From NCBI GenBank assembly GCA_951406725.2, contig OX597828.1:74338001-74402000 (forward strand): DNA of 64,000 nt, given 5' to 3'. This document shows, in pieces, positions 1 through 64,000 of the stretch. The notes under the pieces were generated by a model. The model did no database searches, was not told the DNA's origin, and worked only from the letters and a program-made list of their open reading frames with translations. This DNA is from Octopus vulgaris. Lineage: Eukaryota. The position numbers and the translations under genes are program-made. The first letter of the stretch is position 1. Each line of letters begins with the position of its first letter.

Positions 1-740
1 GGAAGCATCATAGCCATGTGTTGAGAGGGATTCTTTGGGGTTTGAATAATTCACCTCTGGAAACATGGGTGTTTCATTCAACATCCTTAAAGAACCCTTA
101 TTCGGGGACCTTTTGAGCGGGATGGGTTACTCAACCAGAAGAAAATTCTAACTGGACCTCACCTGCAAGGTCATGTGCTGTTTATCTTGATATGAGATCA
201 CTATGTCGCGCACATATGGTTGTGATGCATGTGCCTGGTGTACCCTTATCAGACGGGTAGTCATAATGAGTATACTGGGCTTTGTATATTTGTACCCCAG
301 TGTCACTTTAACACAAACAGCCCCAGGTCGACTTTGCCTTTCCTTGCCCCAGGCTCAATTTCATGCCTTTGAATCATTTATCTTTTACTTAGACTGTGAC
401 CATGCTGGGGCACTGCCTCAAAGAGATTTCAGTCAAATGAATCGATCCCAGGATTTACTTTTTCTTTTTAAGCCTCGTACTAATTTTATCGGTCTCTTTT
501 GCCAAACTGCTAAGCTACAGGAACGTAAACACACCAGCATCAGTTGTCAGACAATGGTGAGGAACAAACACACACACACATGCATGGACACCTTGTTTAA
601 GGCAGTAGAGGGTGATTTGAGGAAGAATCATTTGCTATTTCTAGCTAATTGGGGAACATGAAGAAGTTTACTTACAGTAGTTCAAAGGGAAAACACACAC
701 ACACACACACTCAAAGAGAGAATATCTCAGATCTGCTTAC

Positions 741-56614
<55,874 letters not shown>

Positions 56615-57262
56615 TTTCGCGTGTGTTTCTTTTTAAATCTGATTGTATGAGCTGAGAGGGAGACAGAAATAGAGAAGAAGAAACAATATACTTTCAACAT
56701 TCATCTGCAGGTAATTTAAGATAGGAAATATTAAAATTCATCAAGATATATCCTGATATGTCATCATTGTCACAGCCGTCGTTAGAGCGTCCATGGAGAG
56801 TGGCTTACTGGTTATGGCAATCCACATTTAAATCTGGTTAAGTTCACCTTTAAATGTTCTTCTTCTGTGGTCAGTTGGTAAAATGCAGAACCAGTCATGT
56901 ATATGTATACATGTGTGTGTGTGTGTGTGTGTAGATATAAAGAAAACAGACGTTAAAGGATGATGATGATGAAGGAGAGAAAGCAAACAGAGAGAGACAG
57001 ACAGATAACTACATACATGTATATATACGAGTCATTGTGTGCATCTGTTTATAGCATAGCATACATACACTCCACCTCCTCTCAGGAGAGGCTGTGTAGT
57101 AACTTGATTACCAACCCCATGGTTCTGGGTTCAATCCCACTGCACAGCACCTTGGGCAAGTGACTTGTACTATAGCCTCGGGTTAACCAAATCCATTGGT
57201 GTGCCAACAGAGAGTTTATGAAGTATTGTGCCCAGATTGATAATCTCTCGCTATTTGTTTTG

Positions 57263-57323
<61 letters not shown>

Positions 57324-57414
57324 ATCCAAACAAAGAAGAACAAGAAAAACCATCAATGCGAGGATGTGCTACAAGTACTGTATTATCAGACACTCAGGAG
57401 AGGAAAGAAAGAGG

Positions 57415-57450
57415 ATTTTTATGTTTTGAGCAAAGCTCTTCTTCAGAAAT
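57415..57450 (-). ncRNA. Decayed minimal hammerhead within the 57320-57500 element
   Basis: TTT CTGAAGA A GAGC TTT GCTC AAAA CA TA AAA; a CpG-decayed relative of 63723-63757. Confidence 0.5.
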
Positions 57451-58342
57451 AGAGGAATGTCCAAAAGAAGGGAAGACAGGGCAAGAAAATCGCCAATGAT
57501 ACACACACACACACATATATATACATATATATTTTTGTTAAAATTCTCATTCTTAATAATCTTCTTGATTACCCTAAAAAAAATTTTAACCTTATACAGT
57601 ATGATAATCTTGTTTGAAATGATCTTTAAAAACAAAAAGTTATTTGATTTTTCTCTTTCTCAAATGGCTCTACCCTCCTGATCCTAGTATTTATAAGGAC
57701 CTTTTATATAAATAACCTTTCTAAATAAGTACCAATAAGAAAATATAAATCCCATGTAGGGTGTAATAATAATAAATTCTTAAACCTATAATATAACCAT
57801 TAATTTTAAAAAAAGATTAGTGTAAAATAGGATTGTTCCATAACTTAATTATTCCTTTAGCCAACACCAAACATCAGTCTTTTATAGATATTATCTTAAC
57901 AAGTAAATATAATTTTTAGTCCAATATATTTTGAATTATAATATTTTTTCCTAAAAATTTTCTCTATTGGTGTTAACAAGCTAAATATACTTTACCATAG
58001 TATTAGTAATTAAGCCATTTTATCCCTTTTCTATGGTGTTCTGCCCTTGATAAAATTATTCTAAGTCTCGTATCTCTTTAAATTTCATACTCAGCTTATA
58101 TAAAGCTATGCTGATATATTCACTACAAAATCTGCTTAGATTAAAATTTTTTAATATATAATTAGCCTGTTCTTTCACCTCAATATTCCTTTATTAATAT
58201 CAATAAATATCATTTAATCAATATTCACAGATATCATCTGATAAGTTAGTATTTAAGTGTATAAATATTAAACTATTTCTATATTTTCTTTTTCTCCCTC
58301 TCTTGTGTTAAAAGTTTGATATATACTAAAAAGTATTTATAA

Positions 58343-58764
58343 ATAACGTAAGGGGGATCAGCCATCTGAATGTGGCTAGGGACAGGGCGGGGTGGTGGGG
58401 GTGTTACTGATGCATTTAGCCCCAGGCGATCATCGACGTCACCAGAAGGACCGACACCATCACGGTGTCCTTGCTAGCCTGTAAAAGGAGATCAGCCTCC
58501 CCGAAGATACGGATACTACATACGGACCGGTTTCGAGGTAATTGCCTCTTATCAACGTACGGTAAGCACTGTTCCTCGATGAAGGATTCTCTCTACAGGC
58601 TACATATATAAGGATTCTCCCTTTACAGGCTAGCAAGGACACCGTGATGGTGTCGGTCCTTCTGGTGATGTCGATGATCGTCTGGGGCTAAATGCATCAG
58701 TAACACCCCCACCACCCCGCCCTGTCCCTAGCCACATTCAGATGGCTGATCCCCCTTACGTTAT
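58343..58764. mobile_element. Inverted-repeat element (about 148-bp arms) with a central hammerhead; Penelope pseudo-LTR-like
   Basis: Arms 58343-58490 and 58617-58764 are near-perfect reverse complements; the element is GC-rich in an AT-rich context. Confidence 0.8.
58519..58561 (-). ncRNA. Minimal hammerhead with U3-A8 core variant
   Basis: CGTACG TTGATAA GAGG CAATTA CCTC GAAA CCGG TC CGTATG; GUC cleavage triplet. Confidence 0.8.
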
Positions 58765-59450
58765 AGAGCAGTTACTGTTTATATCTCGTTCAGAGATTTA
58801 TTATTATTTATAAATATTCTTCTTAATAATCTTGTTTTATAGTAGTTAACTGTAGTACTAAATGATAACACTTCCCCTGTCCCATTATCAATGGTCTGCT
58901 AATGGGCGATCCCTTAATTATCAGCTAACAACTTGTTTTAAGTTTTCCCTTACTAAACCTCGTGACATTGCTTCTAATAAATCTGGATTTTATGACTCCA
59001 CCATCTAGAATGTCTGTCTACTCCATCAACTCTACCCCAAACAGATACTACCCTCTGTTTTCTCTCAGCCTTAAATATACAAAGGATTTGATAAACTAGT
59101 CTAGAAATTAAAACTGACCCCATAAAACAAAAATAACAGAAAAATCAGTGACAGGCAGTGTCTTCTTGAAAAGAAATTTCAGTTACAACTATGATGTTGT
59201 TGGTACAACATGTTCTTTGTCTATCCCCTTAACTTCTTGGAGATCTTAGGTAAAATTATACTAATGTGTGCTTCTGTTCTAATTTAATTAAATTCTATGT
59301 CTTTGTGCAGCTGAAGATTACTCTACATTTTAAATTGATGTAATGAAATGATTGCATTGTTCAATTAAATGGAGTTGCATGAAACGATTGTACTACATTA
59401 CCTCTGGATATCATTGTTGCTTATTTTGAGATATATATGTGTGTGTGTGT

Positions 59451-59489
<39 letters not shown>

Positions 59490-59933
59490 TGTTTAAGTGC
59501 AAATGTTAACAACCTAAATACAGATCCGTTATTATACATGAAGGTGTATAATATTGTTTTGTATTTTTTCTTTCAGTTAGAAATCTTCATTTAGTATTGT
59601 ATTTTGAAGAGCAGGAAGGAAAGAAAAAAGAACCATTAGATGTATAAAAGATTAAATTTCTGAGAGAAAAATACCCAGAACCACCTCAGTGGAAACAGAG
59701 AACAAAGGAAATGGTGGGCGAATTGTGCAGCAGATGGGCTGGGGTGTAACAGGTTGTACCTCACAGAGCAAATTGCTTGTTCAGCCACAGCTTGTGAACA
59801 AGATTGCAAAGGTGTAGTCATGGAGAATAGCCAGTTACACCATTTCTCACAGGACTCACATATATATATGGATTGCAGAAGTGAATTAATTATAGTTTGT
59901 AAACCTGGTGGACAGAATCTGTCTCAAAGCCTG

Positions 59934-59966
<33 letters not shown>

Positions 59967-59967
<1 letters not shown>

Positions 59968-60281
59968 GGAGATGTACTCGCATAGCAAGTGATTTGATCT
60001 GAGATCGTGTGCTGAAACAAAAACAATTGCAACGTGGACGGTGTTTGTAAGCCATTTAAGAAACACACAAAAGCCGTTCGATTCACATTTAACATTCAAC
60101 ATTTAAGTTTAATTTGTCAAAATATTTTCGTCGCTAAAATCCGCAAGCACGGATTTTTGTCAGTGAACAGGTCGCAGATTTTAGCGACGAAAATATTTTG
60201 ACAAATTAAACTTAAATGTTGAAGTGAATCGAACGGTTTTTGTGTGTTTCTTAAATGGCTTATAAACACCTTCCATGCTGC

Positions 60282-60285
<4 letters not shown>
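59967..60285. mobile_element. Inverted-repeat element with hammerhead, inserted in (TA)n
   Basis: Arms about 60025-60141 and 60177-60285; flanked by TA microsatellites. Confidence 0.75.
60156..60205 (+). ncRNA. Minimal hammerhead with G3-C8 core variant
   Basis: TTTGTCA GTGAACA G GTCGC..GCGAC GAAA ATAT TT TGACAAA. Confidence 0.72.
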
Positions 60286-60324
<39 letters not shown>

Positions 60325-60327
<3 letters not shown>

Positions 60328-61185
60328 GGCACAGTGAATATAATGTCATCTAAATCATGCTAAAATGAAATAACTTTTGATATCTCATTTTAACAGATAT
60401 ATTTACCAAAATTACATAAAAATATCTTGAAATACTAAAGAGTAAATTTATTCAATAAAATCCGACTTCAGAATCTTCTTCAAATTGTCTGGACGCTCTC
60501 TTTGTTTAAGTTGGTGAATGCTGCCATAATCCTTGCCTTCAGTTTATCTAGGGTGTTACAAAGAGTTTTGTTGGTCTCTCGCTCAACTGCACCCCACACA
60601 TAATAATTAAGAGGGTTGCAGTCTGGGGAGTTAGGAGGCCAGATGTTAGGGGTGATGTGGTTGCAGAAATTGTCTGACAGCCATGACTGGGTTCTCCTGC
60701 TTGTGTGGCATAGTGCAGAGTCCTGTTGCCAGACATAGGGTCTTCCAGCAGTCAACCTCTTGACCCAGTGCAACACTACCTCCTCCAAGCACTTGATGTA
60801 GGACTTTGTGTTGAACCTGAGTCCATGTGGGAAGGTGAATAAAGGCATAACATCACCATCACTAGCAGTCATTCCAAACACCATGATGTTGACTGGATGT
60901 TTGATTTTTATCACTCTCAGTACATGTTTTGGGGGCACAGCAAGCCAATGATTGTTCTGTGTTCACCATCTGTTCATATTGAAGCTTCCGGCACAAATGC
61001 CAAGCAGTATGGCATGTTGTTTCCAAATTTCTAGCTAAGTGAATTGTGTAATGGTGCTGTTTTTCTCTCACAGACAGTGCCCAACTGACCCTACTATACT
61101 GTGTAGTCGACAAAATCAAAAACAAACAATGCACATGCATGAAATTAAAAATATAAAATGGCAACAATTTACTCCTCACACCCTG
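60325..61185 (-). mobile_element. Internally deleted maT (DD37D) transposon
   Basis: CAGGG..CCCTG ends with TA; ORF 60480-60938 contains WQQDSA..(37 aa)..SPDCNPL(N)YYVW. Confidence 0.88.
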
Positions 61186-61227
61186 TATATACATATATAT
61201 ACATATATATAAATATATATATATGTA

Positions 61228-61715
61228 TGTATATTGGCAGGGCTGGCCTGCTAGGTAGCCGGCCAGAATGCTAGAAGAAGATCATCAACGATCAAACGAT
61301 CGAGATGCAAACCGCAAGACTAACCCTAGTCTAACTTGGGGTTAGTCTTGCGGTTTGCATCTCGAGGACCGAATGTACTGATGAAGTCACGGACACTTGA
61401 ATTATGCAAGTAATTCTTTTGTTAAGACCGAAACCGAGGTATACATTTAAGTCTGTTTTTTATTTAATTTTTCATATGTCCTGCCCGCCAAAGTTGGTTC
61501 TGGTGTTCGCTGAATTCTTCCTCTAGAGAATTTCCCTTGTAGTTTGATCGTTGATGATCTTCTTCTAGCATTCTGGCCGGCTACCTAGCAGGCCAGCCCT
61601 GCCAATATACAAATATATTTGAATTTTCTCTGACTCCTCAGATTTTTTGAATGCTGGACTACTGGTTTTAAATTGATATTAAAATTAATATTAATTTATC
61701 TCCCTCAATTTTTAA
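61228..61715. mobile_element. Doubly inverted-repeat element with hammerhead
   Basis: Perfect 70-bp arms 61228-61297 and 61542-61611, plus an inner 27-bp inverted repeat 61300-61326 / 61339-61365. Confidence 0.75.
61371..61448 (+). ncRNA. Minimal type I hammerhead ribozyme
   Basis: GAATGTA CTGATGA A GTC..(long loop)..GAC C GAAA CCGAGG TA TACATTT; GUA triplet. Confidence 0.75.
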
Positions 61716-61813
61716 ATATATATATATATCACGTGATCACGTGACTGACCAGACCATCAGATGTTGCAACACATCGCTGGTCACAATGCGTTTGCATTGT
61801 TTTAGCCTTCGAA

Positions 61814-61860
<47 letters not shown>

Positions 61861-62037
61861 CGTTATATAATTAGGGTTCAGTAAAATAATTTACTTTACC
61901 ACACACCGAACTATTAGAAATAGCAGCCAAAAACTTTTAGCTATTTCCTCTACTATAATAAAAGTCTCCCAGACAATGTTTGCTCAAAATTAATTCACGT
62001 AGGTATAGAGGGAAAAATAACGAAAGATCACACATAC

Positions 62038-63287
62038 CCAAATCACTGATCGCGGATCCTGGGTGGATGTTGTTTACCTGGACTTTGCTAAGGCTTTTAA
62101 CTCTGTGCCACACAAAAGACTTATGGTGAAGCTTTCTGCGTTGGGTGTAAGAGACGAACTCTTATAACTGGTTAAAGTCCTTTATTTTCGGCCGAAAAGA
62201 GGTTGTCACAGTTCTAGGACAGCACTCTTCGCCCTATGAGATGACATCTGGTGTGCCGCAGGGATCTGTTCTTGGCCCCCTTTTATTTGTTGCATATGTT
62301 AATGACATAGATGCCAACTTAAAGAATGCCACAGTGCTGAAATATGCAGATGACATCAAGCTGTACCTCGAAATAAAGAGGTCAAATCCTGTACACTATG
62401 GATCTCTATTGCAAGCAGACCTGGACACAATGCAGCAGTGGATCATGGACTGGCAACTCAAGCTGGCTGTGGACAAATGTACCACCATGCAGGAGAAACC
62501 CAGCGTCCATGAGAGGAGAAACCCAGCGTCCACCTACTCCCTCCACAACACTAGTCTCAAAAAGTCTTCAAGTGAACGTGACCTGGGTGTTATTGTCGAC
62601 AGCGATTTGCGTTGGACAAAACACATCGCTAAAATTGTCAAGAAGGCTGAGGGCGTCTTGGCATCACTCACCAAATCCTTTGTGAGCCGCTCTCCAGCTA
62701 TCTATCTGCGGCTTTATATAGCTATGGTAAGACCTCACCTGGAGTTTGCATCGCCGGTCTGGAGCCCCTATCTTGCCCAGGACATCAATCGTCTGGAAGC
62801 TGTTCAGCGACGTGCAACCAAAAGAATACCCTCCATCAGGCATTTGCCATATCCTGAACGCCTTACCTCCCTGGGCATGGACACATTGAAACTCCGACGT
62901 CTGGCAGCTGACTTGGCAGACACCCATAAAATTATCAACCATCGCACAAACAATAACTCTGAGCACCTCTTCAAACTCCACCCATCTAACACCCGTGGAC
63001 ATATTTACAAAGTAAGGAAACAGCACAGCTCCCATGACTTCAGGAAACATTTTTTCACGCTGAGAGTTGCTGAAGTGTGGAACAAACTGCCGACATCGGT
63101 TGTTAGTTGTCGGAGCACTGCTTCCTTCAAGACTTCCATGCTTCCTGAGATTCGCCAACACTACACTTGATTTTCTTCCCTCCATACACCCAGACATTTC
63201 TACACTACTGCATGTACTTTATATGCACTTTCTGACAAGTTGTGGTGCACCTGAGCACTGTATACAATAATTTCATTATATTATTAT
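62038..63287 (+). mobile_element. 5'-truncated CR1-clade LINE (RT domain, C-terminus, 3'UTR, ATT-rich tail)
   Basis: VDVVYLDFAKAF, SGVPQGSVLGPLLF, YADD, RPHLEFASPVWSPY, VQRRATK, TRGH, FF.LRV..VWNKLP; frame disruption near 62165. Confidence 0.93.
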
Positions 63288-63325
63288 ATAAGATTACTTG
63301 AGAACACCATTTCTGGATTAGAAAT

Positions 63326-63388
63326 CTTGGGCTGATGACAGAAATGTTGATCTCTTTATCCAACTAATCCAGAAATGGTGTTCTCAAG
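63326..63388 (+). ncRNA. Degenerate hammerhead in inverted-repeat element
   Basis: CTTGGG CTGATGA ... GAAA TGGTG TT CTCAAG; stems II and III are imperfect. Confidence 0.5.
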
Positions 63389-63722
63389 TAATCTTATGTA
63401 CGTGTGATCTTTCATTATTTTTCCCTCTATACCTACGTGAATTAATTTTGAGCAAACATTGTCTGGGAGACTTTTATTATAGTAGAGGAAATAGCTAAAA
63501 CTTTTTAGCTGCTATTTCTAATAGTTCAGTGTGTGGTAAAGTAAATTATTTTACTGAACCCTAATTATATAACGTAATGTTTTAAATATACCGTAAATGG
63601 TCTTTTTACATACTGAACACTACTTGGTAAAATTATTAATTAATAATTAATTAATTTTACCCTTTTATTATTGACTACATATATGTTGGCGATTTTTTTT
63701 CCTCTGTCTTCCCTTCTCCTAT

Positions 63723-63757
63723 GTTTCCGACGAAGAGCTCCGCTCGAAACGTTAAAC
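63723..63757 (+). ncRNA. Minimal hammerhead with C4 variant core
   Basis: GTTT CCGACGA A GAGC TCC GCTC GAAA CG TT AAAC. Confidence 0.7.
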
Positions 63758-63856
63758 CCTCCTTCTTCCCTTCTTTCCTGAGTGTCCAATAATACTATAT
63801 TTGTTCCACGTCCTCGCGTTGTTGTTTTTTTGTGTTTTCTTGTTTGGATTAACTTT

Positions 63857-63935
<79 letters not shown>

Positions 63936-64000
63936 CATATATATGTATATATATATGTGTGTGTGTGTATATATATATATATATGTACATACACACACAG

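Larger units (their letters stand above)
61857..63680. mobile_element. Inverted-repeat hammerhead element interrupted by a CR1 LINE
   Basis: Left arm 61857-62037 plus 63288-63321 is the reverse complement of 63364-63578; a related fragment lies at 46761-46925. Confidence 0.75.

Noticed and set aside
57500-59150. AT-rich flanks of the 58343 element as a Penelope RT/GIY-YIG relic
   Set aside because: No RT or GIY-YIG motif could be read by eye. It needs tBLASTn/HMMER, so it is not called.
61857-63578. Novel TIR transposon encoding a reverse transcriptase
   Set aside because: The left arm resumes after the LINE tail, showing a nested CR1 insertion.

Overview
Eukaryotic, AT-rich, microsatellite- and SINE-saturated DNA. 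The repeat repertoire suggests an Octopus genome (inference). Almost every ORF in the supplied track is a simple-repeat artefact. One real gene spans most of the window on the minus strand. It is a POMGNT1-like (GT13) type II membrane glycosyltransferase, reconstructed by hand as 18 phase-consistent GT-AG coding exons (56614 to 741, about 503 aa, running off the left edge). It has two tandem ILEI/PANDER (FAM3-like) domains and two candidate 27-nt microexons. Introns and the upstream region contain several SINE families, Tc1/mariner (maT, Tc1, mariner) relics, piggyBac-type MITEs, a Helitron, and CR1 and RTE LINE fragments. The most striking signal is about 12 minimal type I hammerhead ribozyme motifs carried by several unrelated, ORF-less elements, most with inverted repeats resembling Penelope pseudo-LTRs. 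Their catalytic cores include the canonical C3-G8 pair and both compensatory variants, U3-A8 and G3-C8. All calls were made by eye without tools, and repeat boundaries are approximate.
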